The notes below the pieces were generated by a model. The model did not search any database, was not told the origin of the DNA, and saw only the letters and a program-made list of their open reading frames with translations. The position numbers and the translations under genes are program-made. 64,000 bases of DNA from Escherichia coli (GTDB taxonomy: Bacteria > Pseudomonadota > Gammaproteobacteria > Enterobacterales > Enterobacteriaceae), in assembly GCF_050320075.1 (NCBI RefSeq), contig NZ_CP190018.1; one strand, given 5' to 3'. This document shows, one piece after another, positions 23,709-36,101 of the stretch (position 1 is its first letter; the number at the start of each line of letters is the position of its first letter).

Positions 23709-26191
23709 AACTCAGTCGTCGTAGCTTTATGAAAGCTAACGCCGTTGCGGCCGCTGCGGCGGCTGCCGGTCTCAGCGTGCCGGGCGTTGCCCGCGCCGTT
23801 GTTGGTCAGCAGGAAGCCATTAAATGGGATAAAGCGCCGTGCCGTTTCTGCGGTACTGGTTGCGGCGTTCTGGTCGGAACGCAGCAGGGGCGTGTGGTGG
23901 CCTGTCAGGGCGACCCGGACGCACCGGTTAACCGTGGTCTGAACTGCATTAAGGGCTATTTCCTGCCCAAAATCATGTACGGTAAAGACCGTTTGACGCA
24001 GCCGCTTCTGCGTATGAAAAACGGTAAATATGACAAAGAAGGCGAATTTACCCCAATCACCTGGGATCAAGCCTTCGATGTGATGGAAGAGAAATTCAAA
24101 ACCGCCCTGAAAGAAAAAGGGCCGGAATCGATCGGTATGTTCGGTTCTGGTCAGTGGACTATCTGGGAAGGTTATGCCGCGTCCAAGCTGTTTAAAGCGG
24201 GATTCCGTTCGAACAACATCGACCCGAACGCGCGTCACTGTATGGCGTCGGCGGTAGTTGGCTTTATGCGTACCTTTGGTATGGATGAGCCGATGGGCTG
24301 CTATGACGACATCGAGCAGGCTGATGCGTTTGTGCTGTGGGGCGCGAACATGGCGGAAATGCACCCGATCCTCTGGTCGCGCATCACTAACCGTCGTCTC
24401 TCTAACCAGAACGTCACCGTGGCGGTGCTTTCTACCTACCAGCATCGTAGCTTCGAGCTGGCGGATAATGGCATCATCTTTACGCCGCAATCAGACCTGG
24501 TGATCCTGAACTACATCGCCAACTATATCATTCAAAACAATGCGATAAATCAGGACTTCTTTAGCAAACACGTTAACCTGCGCAAAGGGGCGACGGACAT
24601 CGGCTACGGTTTACGTCCGACCCATCCGCTGGAAAAAGCAGCGAAGAATCCAGGTTCTGACGCCTCCGAACCGATGAGCTTTGAAGATTACAAAGCCTTC
24701 GTTGCTGAGTATACGCTGGAAAAAACTGCCGAAATGACCGGCGTGCCGAAAGACCAGTTAGAACAACTGGCGCAGCTGTATGCCGATCCGAACAAGAAAG
24801 TCATCTCCTACTGGACGATGGGCTTCAACCAGCATACCCGTGGTGTATGGGCCAACAACCTGGTCTACAACCTGCACCTGCTGACCGGCAAAATTTCCAA
24901 GCCGGGTTGCGGTCCGTTCTCCCTGACCGGGCAGCCTTCCGCGTGTGGTACTGCGCGTGAAGTGGGCACCTTTGCTCACCGTCTGCCTGCGGACATGGTG
25001 GTAACTAACGAGAAACATCGTGATATCTGCGAGAAGAAGTGGAATATCCCGAGCGGCACCATTCCGGCGAAAATCGGTCTGCATGCGGTAGCACAAGACC
25101 GTGCGCTGAAAGACGGCAAGCTGAATGTTTACTGGACCATGTGTACCAACAACATGCAGGCCGGGCCGAACATCAATGAAGAGCGTATGCCGGGCTGGCG
25201 CGATCCGCGCAACTTCATCATCGTCTCCGATCCGTATCCGACAGTCAGTGCGCTGGCCGCCGACTTGATCCTGCCGACCGCAATGTGGGTAGAAAAAGAG
25301 GGTGCTTACGGTAACGCCGAACGCCGTACTCAGTTCTGGCGTCAGCAGGTACAGGCACCGGGCGAAGCGAAATCGGATCTCTGGCAGTTAGTCCAGTTCT
25401 CCCGCCGCTTCAAAACTGAAGAAGTATGGCCGGAAGATCTGCTGGCGAAGAAACCGGAACTGCGTGGCAAAACGCTGTACGAAGTTCTGTATGCCACCCC
25501 GGAAGTGAGCAAATACCCTGTATCCGAACTGGCGGAAGATCAGCTGAACGATGAATCCCGCGAGCTGGGCTTCTATCTGCAAAAAGGGCTGTTCGAAGAG
25601 TACGCATGGTTTGGTCGCGGTCACGGTCACGATCTGGCACCGTTCGATGACTACCACAAAGCGCGCGGTCTGCGCTGGCCGGTGGTGAACGGTAAAGAAA
25701 CACAGTGGCGTTACAGCGAAGGTAACGACCCGTACGTGAAAGCGGGCGAAGGCTATAAGTTCTACGGTAAACCGGATGGCAAAGCGGTGATCTTCGCACT
25801 GCCGTTCGAACCGGCGGCGGAGGCACCGGATGAAGAGTACGACCTGTGGCTCTCTACCGGACGCGTCCTGGAGCACTGGCATACCGGCAGTATGACTCGC
25901 CGTGTACCGGAACTGCACCGTGCCTTCCCGGAAGCGGTCCTGTTTATTCACCCGTTGGATGCGAAAGCGCGCGATCTGCGCCGTGGCGACAAAGTGAAAG
26001 TGGTTTCTCGCCGTGGCGAAGTGATCTCGATTGTTGAAACGCGCGGTCGTAACCGTCCGCCACAGGGCCTGGTGTACATGCCGTTCTTCGACGCCGCACA
26101 GCTGGTTAACAAACTGACGCTGGACGCGACCGATCCGCTCTCGAAAGAGACGGACTTCAAGAAGTGCGCGGTCAAACTGGAGAAGGTGTAA
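23705..26191 (+). CDS. napA: periplasmic nitrate reductase catalytic subunit
   Basis: 828-aa ORF; Tat signal ([19 protein letters not shown]), N-terminal Cys cluster CRFCGTGCG, molybdopterin oxidoreductase architecture. Confidence 0.9.
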   Translation: MKLSRRSFMKANAVAAAAAAAGLSVPGVARAVVGQQEAIKWDKAPCRFCGTGCGVLVGTQQGRVVACQGDPDAPVNRGLNCIKGYFLPKIMYGKDRLTQPLLRMKNGKYDKEGEFTPITWDQAFDVMEEKFKTALKEKGPESIGMFGSGQWTIWEGYAASKLFKAGFRSNNIDPNARHCMASAVVGFMRTFGMDEPMGCYDDIEQADAFVLWGANMAEMHPILWSRITNRRLSNQNVTVAVLSTYQHRSFELADNGIIFTPQSDLVILNYIANYIIQNNAINQDFFSKHVNLRKGATDIGYGLRPTHPLEKAAKNPGSDASEPMSFEDYKAFVAEYTLEKTAEMTGVPKDQLEQLAQLYADPNKKVISYWTMGFNQHTRGVWANNLVYNLHLLTGKISKPGCGPFSLTGQPSACGTAREVGTFAHRLPADMVVTNEKHRDICEKKWNIPSGTIPAKIGLHAVAQDRALKDGKLNVYWTMCTNNMQAGPNINEERMPGWRDPRNFIIVSDPYPTVSALAADLILPTAMWVEKEGAYGNAERRTQFWRQQVQAPGEAKSDLWQLVQFSRRFKTEEVWPEDLLAKKPELRGKTLYEVLYATPEVSKYPVSELAEDQLNDESRELGFYLQKGLFEEYAWFGRGHGHDLAPFDDYHKARGLRWPVVNGKETQWRYSEGNDPYVKAGEGYKFYGKPDGKAVIFALPFEPAAEAPDEEYDLWLSTGRVLEHWHTGSMTRRVPELHRAFPEAVLFIHPLDAKARDLRRGDKVKVVSRRGEVISIVETRGRNRPPQGLVYMPFFDAAQLVNKLTLDATDPLSKETDFKKCAVKLEKV

Positions 26192-26197
26192 GCCATT

Positions 26198-26893
26198 ATG
26201 TCCCGGTCAGCGAAACCTCAAAATGGTCGCCGCCGCTTTCTGCGCGATGTCGTTCGCACAGCTGGCGGGCTGGCTGCCGTGGGTGTGGCGCTGGGGTTAC
26301 AACAGCAAACCGCACGCGCATCTGGCGTGCGGTTGCGCCCGCCCGGAGCCATAAACGAGAACGCCTTTGCCAGTGCCTGTGTGCGTTGCGGTCAGTGTGT
26401 TCAGGCTTGCCCTTACGACACCTTAAAACTGGCGACGCTGGCTTCTGGCCTGTCGGCGGGCACGCCATATTTTGTCGCACGGGATATTCCTTGCGAAATG
26501 TGTGAGGACATTCCGTGCGCCAAAGTGTGCCCGAGCGGTGCGCTGGATCGTGAGATCGAATCGATCGACGACGCGCGGATGGGGCTGGCGGTACTGGTGG
26601 ACCAGGAAAACTGTCTCAACTTTCAGGGGCTGCGCTGCGATGTTTGTTATCGCGAATGCCCGAAAATTGATGAGGCAATCACCCTGGAGCTGGAGCGCAA
26701 CACGCGTACCGGTAAGCACGCCCGCTTTCTGCCGACGGTTCACAGCGACGCCTGTACCGGCTGCGGTAAGTGCGAAAAAGTGTGCGTGCTGGAACAACCG
26801 GCAATCAAGGTGTTACCGCTGTCACTGGCGAAAGGGGAGTTAGGTCACCATTACCGCTTCGGCTGGCTGGAGGGGAACAATGGCAAATCGTAA
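26198..26893 (+). CDS. napG: ferredoxin-type protein NapG
   Basis: 231-aa ORF; Tat-like RRRFLRD motif; four 4Fe-4S Cys clusters. Confidence 0.85.
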
Positions 26894-27743
26894 ACGTGAC
26901 GCCGGGCGCGAGGCGCTGGAGAAAAAAGGCTGGTGGCGCAGCCACCGTTGGCTGGTGTTACGTCGCCTTTGTCAGTTCTTCGTGCTGGGGATGTTTTTGA
27001 GCGGTCCGTGGTTTGGTGTGTGGATCTTGCACGGCAACTACAGCAGTAGCCTGTTATTCGACACCGTTCCGCTGACCGATCCGCTGATGACGCTGCAAAG
27101 TCTTGCCAGCGGTCATCTGCCTGCCACGGTGGCGTTGACCGGTGCGGTAATTATCACCGTGCTCTACGCCCTGGCAGGAAAGCGATTATTTTGCAGCTGG
27201 GTCTGCCCGCTGAACCCGATTACCGACTTAGCGAACTGGTTACGCAGGCGCTTTGACCTCAATCAGTCTGCGACGATCCCTCGCCACATTCGCTACGTGC
27301 TGTTGGTGGTCATTCTGCTGGGATCGGCCTTAACCGGCACACTCATCTGGGAATGGATCAACCCCGTTTCCCTGATGGGGCGCAGTCTGGTAATGGGATT
27401 CGGCAGCGGCGCGCTGCTTATTCTCGCGCTGTTTTTATTTGATCTACTGGTCGTTGAACACGGCTGGTGCGGGCACATTTGTCCGGTTGGCGCGCTGTAT
27501 GGCGTGCTGGGTAGCAAAGGTGTCATTACCGTTGCGGCCACCGATCGGCAGAAATGTAACCGCTGTATGGATTGTTTTCATGTTTGCCCGGAACCGCATG
27601 TGCTACGTGCCCCGGTGCTGGATGAACAAAGCCCGGTGCAGGTCACCAGCCGCGATTGCATGACGTGCGGTCGCTGCGTGGATGTCTGTTCTGAGGATGT
27701 ATTTACAATAACTACACGATGGAGTTCGGGAGCGAAATCATGA
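26880..27743 (+). CDS. napH: membrane ferredoxin-type protein NapH
   Basis: 287-aa ORF; TM helices plus C-terminal CxxCxxC clusters. Confidence 0.85.
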
Positions 27744-28189
27744 AAAGCCATGACCTGAAGAAAGCGCTGTGTCAATGGACGGCGATGCTGGCCCTGGTGG
27801 TGAGCGGCGCGGTTTGGGCGGCTAATGGCGTCGATTTTAGCCAGTCGCCGGAAGTATCCGGGACGCAGGAAGGGGCCATTCGGATGCCAAAAGAGCAGGA
27901 TCGGATGCCGCTGAACTATGTGAATCAGCCGCCAATGATCCCGCATAGCGTTGAAGGTTATCAGGTAACGACCAATACCAACCGCTGCTTGCAGTGCCAC
28001 GGTGTCGAAAGCTATCGCACCACTGGCGCGCCGCGCATCAGTCCTACTCACTTTATGGACAGCGACGGCAAAGTGGGCGCGGAAGTGGCTCCGCGTCGTT
28101 ATTTCTGTCTGCAATGTCACGTACCGCAGGCCGATACCGCGCCAATCGTGGGGAATACCTTTACCCCGTCAAAAGGTTACGGGAAATAA
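27740..28189 (+). CDS. napB: diheme cytochrome c NapB
   Basis: 149 aa from MKSHDLKK; two CxxCH heme motifs (CLQCH twice). Confidence 0.85.
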   Translation: MKSHDLKKALCQWTAMLALVVSGAVWAANGVDFSQSPEVSGTQEGAIRMPKEQDRMPLNYVNQPPMIPHSVEGYQVTTNTNRCLQCHGVESYRTTGAPRISPTHFMDSDGKVGAEVAPRRYFCLQCHVPQADTAPIVGNTFTPSKGYGK

Positions 28190-28198
28190 GAGGTTATT

Positions 28199-28801
28199 AT
28201 GGGAAATTCTGACCGTAAGCCTGGTCTGATTAAGCGCCTGTGGAAATGGTGGCGTACTCCCAGCCGTCTGGCGCTGGGGACGCTGCTGTTGATCGGCTTT
28301 GTTGGCGGCATCGTCTTCTGGGGCGGCTTTAACACCGGGATGGAAAAAGCCAATACCGAAGAGTTCTGCATTAGCTGCCACGAAATGCGTAACACGGTGT
28401 ATCAGGAATACATGGATTCCGTGCACTACAACAACCGTAGCGGCGTTCGTGCGACCTGTCCGGATTGTCACGTTCCGCACGAGTTTGTGCCGAAGATGAT
28501 ACGCAAGCTCAAAGCAAGTAAAGAGCTGTATGGTAAAATTTTTGGCGTTATTGACACGCCGCAGAAATTTGAAGCTCATCGCCTGACGATGGCACAGAAT
28601 GAGTGGCGGCGCATGAAGGACAATAACTCGCAGGAGTGCCGTAACTGTCACAACTTCGAGTATATGGATACAACCGCCCAGAAATCGGTTGCCGCGAAGA
28701 TGCATGACCAGGCGGTGAAAGATGGGCAAACCTGTATTGATTGCCATAAAGGGATAGCGCACAAGCTGCCCGATATGCGCGAAGTCGAGCCAGGTTTTTA
28801 A
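28199..28801 (+). CDS. napC: tetraheme cytochrome c quinol dehydrogenase NapC
   Basis: 200-aa ORF; N-terminal TM anchor; four CxxCH motifs (CISCH, CPDCH, CRNCH, CIDCH). Confidence 0.9.
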   Translation: MGNSDRKPGLIKRLWKWWRTPSRLALGTLLLIGFVGGIVFWGGFNTGMEKANTEEFCISCHEMRNTVYQEYMDSVHYNNRSGVRATCPDCHVPHEFVPKMIRKLKASKELYGKIFGVIDTPQKFEAHRLTMAQNEWRRMKDNNSQECRNCHNFEYMDTTAQKSVAAKMHDQAVKDGQTCIDCHKGIAHKLPDMREVEPGF

Positions 28802-28813
28802 CAGGGTTATTGC

Positions 28814-29437
28814 GTGGGTATGCTTGAAGCCAGAGAGTTACTTTGCGAGCGGGATGAACGAACCTTATTTAGTGGCTTGTCATTTACGCTGAACGCAGGA
28901 GAGTGGGTACAAATCACCGGTAGCAACGGCGCGGGGAAGACAACGCTTCTCCGTTTGCTGACGGGGTTGTCTCGCCCTGATGCGGGTGACGTTCTCTGGC
29001 AAGGGCAGCCCTTGCATCAGGTACGCGACAGCTACCATCAAAACCTGTTATGGATAGGCCATCAGCCGGGGATCAAAACCCGGCTGACGGCGTTAGAAAA
29101 TCTGCACTTTTATCATCGCGATGGCGATACCGCACAATGTCTGGAAGCCCTGGCGCAGGCCGGGCTTGCCGGATTCGAAGATATTCCGGTAAATCAACTT
29201 TCTGCCGGGCAACAACGCCGCGTCGCTTTAGCGCGTCTGTGGCTAACCCGTGCCACGTTATGGATCCTCGACGAGCCTTTTACCGCGATTGACGTTAACG
29301 GCGTCGATCGTCTGACCCAGCGTATGGCGCAGCATACGGAGCAGGGGGGGATTGTGATTCTGACTACCCACCAGCCGCTCAACGTTGCTGAAAGTAAAAT
29401 TCGCCGCATTTCACTGACGCAAACGAGGGCCGCATGA
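28814..29437 (+). CDS. ccmA: heme exporter ATPase CcmA
   Basis: 207-aa ORF; Walker [10 protein letters not shown], signature LSAGQQRR, Walker B ILDEP. Confidence 0.9.
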   Translation: MGMLEARELLCERDERTLFSGLSFTLNAGEWVQITGSNGAGKTTLLRLLTGLSRPDAGDVLWQGQPLHQVRDSYHQNLLWIGHQPGIKTRLTALENLHFYHRDGDTAQCLEALAQAGLAGFEDIPVNQLSAGQQRRVALARLWLTRATLWILDEPFTAIDVNGVDRLTQRMAQHTEQGGIVILTTHQPLNVAESKIRRISLTQTRAA

Positions 29438-30096
29438 TGTTCTGGCGCATTTTCCGTCTTGAGCTGCGCGTAGCGTTTCGCCATAGCGCCGAAATCGCCA
29501 ACCCGCTGTGGTTCTTCCTGATTGTCATTACCCTTTTTCCGCTCAGTATCGGTCCGGAGCCGCAACTGCTGGCGCGTATTGCGCCGGGCATTATCTGGGT
29601 TGCTGCGCTGCTTTCATCCTTGCTGGCACTGGAGCGTCTGTTCCGTGACGATTTGCAGGACGGCAGTCTTGAACAATTGATGTTGTTGCCGTTACCCTTG
29701 CCCGCCGTTGTGCTGGCGAAGGTGATGGCGCACTGGATGGTAACCGGTCTGCCGTTACTTATCCTTTCGCCCCTGGTAGCAATGCTACTGGGAATGGATG
29801 TTTATGGCTGGCAAGTGATGGCGCTGACGCTACTGCTGGGAACGCCTACGCTTGGCTTTCTCGGAGCACCGGGCGTGGCGCTGACAGTGGGACTTAAGCG
29901 CGGTGGTGTGCTGCTCAGCATTCTCGTATTACCGCTGACTATCCCATTACTCATCTTTGCCACCGCCGCGATGGACGCGGCTTCCATGCATTTGCCCGTT
30001 GATGGGTATCTGGCAATTTTAGGCGCGTTGCTGGCAGGCACCGCGACATTAAGTCCTTTTGCGACGGCGGCAGCGTTACGAATCAGCATTCAATAA
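29434..30096 (+). CDS. ccmB: heme exporter membrane protein CcmB
   Basis: 220-aa hydrophobic ORF overlapping the ccmA stop. Confidence 0.85.
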
Positions 30097-30137
30097 CGCT
30101 GGATTACTGATTTTTGTTCGAGTCTGGTATCGAAACT

Positions 30138-30875
30138 ATGTGGAAAACACTGCATCAACTGGCGATCCCACCACGGCTGTATCAAATCTGTGGCTGGTTT
30201 ATACCGTGGCTGGCAATTGCCAGTGTGGTCGTGCTTACCGTTGGCTGGATCTGGGGATTCGGCTTTGCTCCGGCTGATTATCAGCAGGGAAATAGCTACC
30301 GCATTATCTACCTGCATGTGCCTGCGGCGATCTGGTCGATGGGCATTTATGCATCAATGGCGGTGGCGGCGTTTATTGGCCTTGTCTGGCAGATGAAAAT
30401 GGCCAACCTGGCGGTGGCGGCGATGGCCCCCATTGGTGCCGTGTTTACCTTTATTGCCCTGGTTACCGGCTCTGCATGGGGAAAACCGATGTGGGGCACC
30501 TGGTGGGTATGGGATGCACGCCTGACTTCTGAACTGGTGCTGCTGTTTCTGTATGTTGGTGTAATTGCCCTGTGGCACGCCTTCGACGACCGCCGTCTGG
30601 CGGGCCGTGCGGCAGGTATTCTGGTGCTGATTGGCGTGGTGAATCTGCCGATTATTCATTACTCCGTGGAGTGGTGGAACACCCTGCATCAGGGATCAAC
30701 GCGAATGCAGCAAAGTATCGATCCGGCGATGCGTTCGCCGCTGCGCTGGTCGATTTTTGGCTTCTTGCTGCTGTCTGCCACGCTGACGCTGATGCGGATG
30801 CGTAATTTAATTTTGCTGATGGAAAAACGCCGTCCGTGGGTGAGTGAACTGATACTGAAAAGAGGCCGTAAATGA
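30138..30875 (+). CDS. ccmC: heme exporter protein CcmC
   Basis: 245 aa from MWKTLHQLAIP; tryptophan-rich WGxxWxWD motif (WGTWWVWDARL). Confidence 0.85.
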   Translation: MWKTLHQLAIPPRLYQICGWFIPWLAIASVVVLTVGWIWGFGFAPADYQQGNSYRIIYLHVPAAIWSMGIYASMAVAAFIGLVWQMKMANLAVAAMAPIGAVFTFIALVTGSAWGKPMWGTWWVWDARLTSELVLLFLYVGVIALWHAFDDRRLAGRAAGILVLIGVVNLPIIHYSVEWWNTLHQGSTRMQQSIDPAMRSPLRWSIFGFLLLSATLTLMRMRNLILLMEKRRPWVSELILKRGRK

Positions 30876-31081
30876 CCACTGCATTTGCTTCCTGGAATGA
30901 ATTTTTCGCAATGGGCGGTTACGCCTTTTTTGTCTGGCTGGCGGTGGTGATGACCGTTATTCCGCTGGTGGTTTTGGTCGTGCACTCGGTGATGCAGCAT
31001 CGCGCAATTCTGCGTGGTGTGGCGCAACAGCGGGCGCGTGAGGCGCGTTTACGTGCTGCGCAACAGCAGGAGGCTGCATGA
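30872..31081 (+). CDS. ccmD: heme exporter protein CcmD
   Basis: 69-aa single-TM ORF between ccmC and ccmE with overlapping start/stop. Confidence 0.8.
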
Positions 31082-31557
31082 ATATTCGCCGTAAAAACCG
31101 CTTGTGGATTGCCTGTGCCGTGTTGGCAGGGCTGGCGCTGACTATCGGTCTGGTGCTATATGCGCTGCGCTCGAATATCGATCTCTTTTATACGCCGGGG
31201 GAAATTCTTTACGGCAAGCGTGAAACTCAGCAAATGCCGGAAGTCGGTCAGCGTCTGCGCGTTGGCGGGATGGTGATGCCGGGTAGTGTGCAGCGCGATC
31301 CCAATTCGCTAAAAGTAACTTTCACCATTTACGACGCTGAAGGTTCAGTAGATGTCTCTTACGAAGGCATTTTGCCGGATCTGTTCCGTGAAGGGCAGGG
31401 CGTTGTGGTGCAGGGCGAACTGGAAAAAGGCAATCATATCCTCGCGAAAGAAGTGCTGGCGAAACATGATGAAAACTATACGCCGCCAGAAGTTGAGAAA
31501 GCGATGGAAGCTAACCACCGTCGCCCGGCGAGTGTTTATAAGGACCCAGCATCATGA
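31078..31557 (+). CDS. ccmE: cytochrome c-type biogenesis heme chaperone CcmE
   Basis: 159-aa ORF with N-terminal TM anchor and CcmE-like core. Confidence 0.85.
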
Positions 31558-33497
31558 TGCCGGAAATTGGTAACGGACTGCTGTGCCTGGCGCTGGGAAT
31601 TGCGCTGCTGCTGTCCGTGTATCCGCTATGGGGCGTGGCGCGCGGAGATGCGCGCATGATGGCGTCTTCCCGCTTATTTGCCTGGCTGCTGTTTATGTCT
31701 GTGGCTGGCGCATTTCTGGTGCTGGTCAATGCTTTCGTGGTCAACGACTTTACCGTCACCTATGTTGCCAGCAACTCTAATACCCAGCTTCCGGTGTGGT
31801 ATCGCGTGGCGGCCACCTGGGGCGCGCATGAAGGCTCGCTCCTGCTGTGGGTGCTGCTAATGAGCGGCTGGACCTTTGCGGTAGCGATTTTTAGTCAGCG
31901 TATTCCGCTGGATATTGTGGCCCGTGTACTGGCGATAATGGGGATGGTCAGCGTCGGCTTTTTGCTGTTCATTCTCTTTACCTCTAATCCATTCTCACGC
32001 ACGCTGCCGAACTTCCCGATTGAAGGGCGCGACCTTAACCCGCTGTTGCAGGATCCGGGGTTGATCTTCCATCCGCCTCTGCTCTATATGGGGTACGTCG
32101 GCTTCTCGGTGGCGTTTGCTTTTGCCATTGCTTCTTTGTTGAGCGGGCGTCTGGACAGCACTTATGCGCGTTTTACTCGTCCGTGGACACTGGCAGCGTG
32201 GATCTTCCTGACGCTCGGCATCGTGCTCGGTTCCGCATGGGCCTATTACGAACTCGGCTGGGGTGGCTGGTGGTTCTGGGATCCGGTAGAAAACGCCTCG
32301 TTTATGCCGTGGCTGGTGGGGACTGCGCTGATGCACTCACTGGCGGTCACTGAACAACGCGCCAGCTTCAAAGCGTGGACATTACTGCTGGCAATCAGTG
32401 CCTTCTCGTTGTGTCTGTTGGGGACTTTCCTCGTGCGTTCCGGCGTGCTGGTATCGGTACACGCGTTTGCCTCTGATCCGGCGCGCGGCATGTTTATCCT
32501 CGCCTTTATGGTGCTGGTGATTGGCGGTTCGCTGCTGCTGTTTGCTGCGCGTGGACACAAAGTTCGCTCACGCGTAAACAATGCGCTGTGGTCGCGGGAA
32601 TCTTTGCTGTTAGCGAACAACGTTTTGCTGGTCGCCGCGATGCTGGTGGTGTTGCTGGGGACGCTGTTGCCGCTGGTGCACAAGCAACTGGGACTGGGCA
32701 GTATTTCGATTGGCGAACCGTTCTTCAACACCATGTTTACCTGGCTGATGGTGCCGTTTGCGCTACTGCTTGGTGTCGGTCCTCTGGTGCGCTGGGGGCG
32801 CGATCGCCCACGTAAAATCCGCAATTTATTGATTATCGCCTTCATCTCTACGCTGGTGCTGTCTCTGCTGTTGCCGTGGCTGTTCGAAAGCAAAGTTGTG
32901 GCGATGACGGTGCTCGGCCTGGCAATGGCCTGCTGGATTGCGGTGCTGGCAATTGCGGAAGCTGTGCTGCGTATTTCACGCGGCACGAAAACCACCTTCA
33001 GTTATTGGGGAATGGTGGCGGCTCACCTGGGGCTGGCAGTGACAATTGTTGGTATTGCCTTTAGCCAGAACTATAGCGTTGAGCGTGATGTGCGCATGAA
33101 GTCCGGTGATAGTGTCGATATTCATGAATATCGCTTCACCTTCCGTGATGTCAAAGAGGTGACTGGCCCGAACTGGCGTGGCGGTGTGGCGACTATCGGC
33201 GTAACGCGCGATGGCAAGCCGGAAACGGTGCTGTATGCGGAAAAACGTTATTACAACACTGCTGGGTCGATGATGACCGAAGCGGCAATTGACGGCGGCA
33301 TCACGCGTGACCTGTACGCCGCGCTCGGTGAAGAGCTGGAAAACGGCGCGTGGGCCGTGCGTCTTTACTACAAACCGTTTGTTCGCTGGATTTGGGCGGG
33401 CGGGCTGATGATGGCATTGGGCGGGCTGCTGTGTCTGTTTGATCCTCGCTATCGTAAGCGCGTGAATCCGCAGAAAACTGCGCCGGAGGCTGTATGA
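31554..33497 (+). CDS. ccmF: cytochrome c heme lyase subunit CcmF
   Basis: 647-aa polytopic ORF with [12 protein letters not shown] tryptophan-rich motif. Confidence 0.9.
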
Positions 33498-34051
33498 AGC
33501 GCAAAGTATTGTTAATTCCGTTGATTATCTTCCTGGCGATTGCCGCGGCGCTGCTGTGGCAGCTGGCGCGTAATGCCGAAGGGGATGATCCGACCAATCT
33601 GGAATCGGCGCTCATTGGCAAGCCAGTGCCGAAGTTTCGTCTCGAATCACTGGACAATCCGGGGCAGTTTTATCAGGCGGATGTGCTGACTCAGGGCAAA
33701 CCAGTGCTGCTTAACGTCTGGGCGACCTGGTGTCCGACCTGCCGTGCGGAACATCAATATCTGAATCAGCTTTCTGCGCAGGGCATCCGCGTGGTCGGCA
33801 TGAACTATAAAGACGATCGCCAGAAGGCAATCAGCTGGCTGAAAGAGCTGGGCAATCCTTACGCACTAAGCCTGTTTGATGGCGACGGCATGTTAGGACT
33901 GGATCTCGGTGTCTATGGCGCGCCAGAAACGTTCCTCATCGACGGCAACGGCATCATTCGCTATCGCCATGCGGGCGATCTCAATCCTCGCGTCTGGGAA
34001 GAAGAGATCAAGCCGCTGTGGGAGAAATACAGTAAGGAGGCCGCACAATGA
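33494..34051 (+). CDS. ccmG: thiol:disulfide interchange protein CcmG/DsbE
   Basis: 185-aa ORF with thioredoxin motif WCPTC. Confidence 0.9.
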   Translation: MKRKVLLIPLIIFLAIAAALLWQLARNAEGDDPTNLESALIGKPVPKFRLESLDNPGQFYQADVLTQGKPVLLNVWATWCPTCRAEHQYLNQLSAQGIRVVGMNYKDDRQKAISWLKELGNPYALSLFDGDGMLGLDLGVYGAPETFLIDGNGIIRYRHAGDLNPRVWEEEIKPLWEKYSKEAAQ

Positions 34052-35100
34052 GGTTTTTATTGGGCGTGCTGATGCTGATGATCTCCGGCTCAGCGCTGGC
34101 GACCATCGACGTGTTGCAGTTTAAGGATGAAGCGCAGGAGCAGCAGTTCCGGCAACTCACTGAAGAACTACGCTGCCCGAAATGCCAGAACAACAGCATT
34201 GCCGATTCCAACTCGATGATTGCCACCGACCTGCGCCAGAAAGTGTATGAACTGATGCAGGAAGGTAAAAGTAAGAAAGAGATTGTCGATTATATGGTGG
34301 CGCGTTACGGCAACTTCGTCACTTACGATCCGCCGTTAACGCCGCTGACCGTGCTGCTGTGGGTGCTTCCGGTAGTGGCTATTGGCATTGGCGGTTGGGT
34401 CATTTACGCCCGTTCGCGGCGTCGGGTACGCGTGGTGCCGGAAGCGTTTCCTGAACAAAGCGTGCCGGAAGGTAAGCGTGCCGGATTTGCTGTTTACCTG
34501 CCGGGTATTGTTGTGGCGTTAATTGTGGCTGGCGTCAGCTACTACCAGACTGGCAACTATCAGCAGGTGAAAATCTGGCAGCAGGCCACGGCACAGGCTC
34601 CGGCGTTACTGGACAGGGCGCTGGATCCGAAAGCCGATCCGCTCAACGAAGAAGAGATGTCGCGCCTGGCGCTGGGGATGCGTACTCAACTGCAAAAAAA
34701 TCCGGGAGATATAGAAGGCTGGATTATGTTGGGCCGCGTTGGCCTGGCGCTGGGTAACGCCAGTATCGCCACCGATGCATACGCTACTGCGTATCGCCTC
34801 GATCCGAAGAACAGCGATGCTGCACTGGGATACGCTGAAGCGTTGACACGTTCATCTGATCCCAACGACAACCGCCTCGGCGGCGAACTGCTGCGCCAGT
34901 TGGTGAGAACGGACCATAGCAATATTCGTGTGTTAAGCATGTATGCGTTTAACGCCTTTGAGCAGCAGCGATTTGGCGAAGCCGTTGCCGCGTGGGAGAT
35001 GATGTTGAAACTCTTACCTGCCAACGATACTCGCCGTGCGGTGATTGAACGTAGTATCGCGCAGGCGATGCAACATTTGTCGCCGCAGGAGAGTAAATAA
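34048..35100 (+). CDS. ccmH: cytochrome c-type biogenesis protein CcmH (fused with TPR domain)
   Basis: 350-aa ORF with LRCPKC motif and TPR-like C-terminal half. Confidence 0.85.
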   Translation: MRFLLGVLMLMISGSALATIDVLQFKDEAQEQQFRQLTEELRCPKCQNNSIADSNSMIATDLRQKVYELMQEGKSKKEIVDYMVARYGNFVTYDPPLTPLTVLLWVLPVVAIGIGGWVIYARSRRRVRVVPEAFPEQSVPEGKRAGFAVYLPGIVVALIVAGVSYYQTGNYQQVKIWQQATAQAPALLDRALDPKADPLNEEEMSRLALGMRTQLQKNPGDIEGWIMLGRVGLALGNASIATDAYATAYRLDPKNSDAALGYAEALTRSSDPNDNRLGGELLRQLVRTDHSNIRVLSMYAFNAFEQQRFGEAVAAWEMMLKLLPANDTRRAVIERSIAQAMQHLSPQESK

Positions 35101-35134
35101 AAAGAGGCCCGATGGTGATGCCATCGGGCTGTTT

Positions 35135-35782
35135 TTATTGTGCCCCGCGTTGTTGCAGGAACAGAATGGTGGCCGCCACGCGTGAGCGGACATTGAGTTT
35201 ACGCAGCAGATTGCGAATGTGTACTTTTACTGTCTGCTCGGAAATATTCAACACCGAGGCAATCTGTTTATTTGACAGCCCCTGTGCCAGCTCGTGCAGA
35301 ACATCCAGCTCGCGCTCCGTCAGCACGCTGAAGGGATCTTCTTCCGCGCCAAACATTTCACGTTCACGTAAGTACTGATTGACGCGTTCGCTAAAGACTT
35401 TGCTGCCTTTCGCTCCGGCACGAATCGCTTCCAGCAACACTTCCGGGTCGCTGTCTTTCAACAGATAACCGTCTGCGCCTGCGTCTATCAGCGCAAAGAC
35501 ATCGCTGGAGGCATCGGATACGGTCAGGATAATAATTTGCGCGGTAACGCCATCCCTGCGCAAGGCATTGAGGGTATCCAGGCCACTCATACCTTTCATA
35601 TTGAGATCCAGCAAGATCACGTCGATATCCAGTCTATTCGCCAGATCGATCGCGCTCGCGCCGTCGCCCGCTTCGGCGACCACTTCAAAGCCAGGATCAA
35701 GCTCCAGTAACTGACGAACACCGCGTCGCATAAGTGGATGATCATCCACAATCATCACCTGAAAAGGCGTTGCTTCAGGCAT
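35135..35782 (-). CDS. narP: nitrate/nitrite response regulator NarP
   Basis: 215 aa from MPEATPFQVMIVDDHPLMRRG; receiver domain plus LuxR-type HTH. ORF track has a 10-codon upstream extension. Confidence 0.9.
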   Translation of the reverse strand: MPEATPFQVMIVDDHPLMRRGVRQLLELDPGFEVVAEAGDGASAIDLANRLDIDVILLDLNMKGMSGLDTLNALRRDGVTAQIIILTVSDASSDVFALIDAGADGYLLKDSDPEVLLEAIRAGAKGSKVFSERVNQYLREREMFGAEEDPFSVLTERELDVLHELAQGLSNKQIASVLNISEQTVKVHIRNLLRKLNVRSRVAATILFLQQRGAQ

Positions 35783-36101
35783 AGTAGTCTCCTGAGGTTT
35801 TATTAGAATCATTATGTTTGAGCGTAGCGTTGGTAACGCTACCAGGCGCGTGAATGTTACCCCATTTTATGTATGGACATGTAGCGAAAACTACAACCTT
35901 GTCGTTCGCTTTGGCATCACTTTCATTATAAAGACGGAATTTTGCATCAGCTTCTCATCAAGAAAAACAACTAAAAAATCAATCACAATACTTGTGCATT
36001 TCTTTAAACAGTTTTTAAAAACTGACTCCGGGTATGGAGCTATGGGTATTTTCTCTACCCAATGCTTTTAACAGCAATTAATTTCATAGGATGAAAGCTC
36101 A

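Noticed and set aside
23672-24490. 272-aa minus-strand ORF within napD/napA (and many similar antisense ORFs inside napA, ccmF, yejO, rcsD, radD)
   Set aside because: All overlap well-supported sense genes with recognisable domains; they are reading-frame shadows without start signals.
35814-36100. 85-aa plus-strand ORF between narP and yejO
   Set aside because: AT-rich promoter region of yejO; the ORF has no SD and a low-complexity translation.
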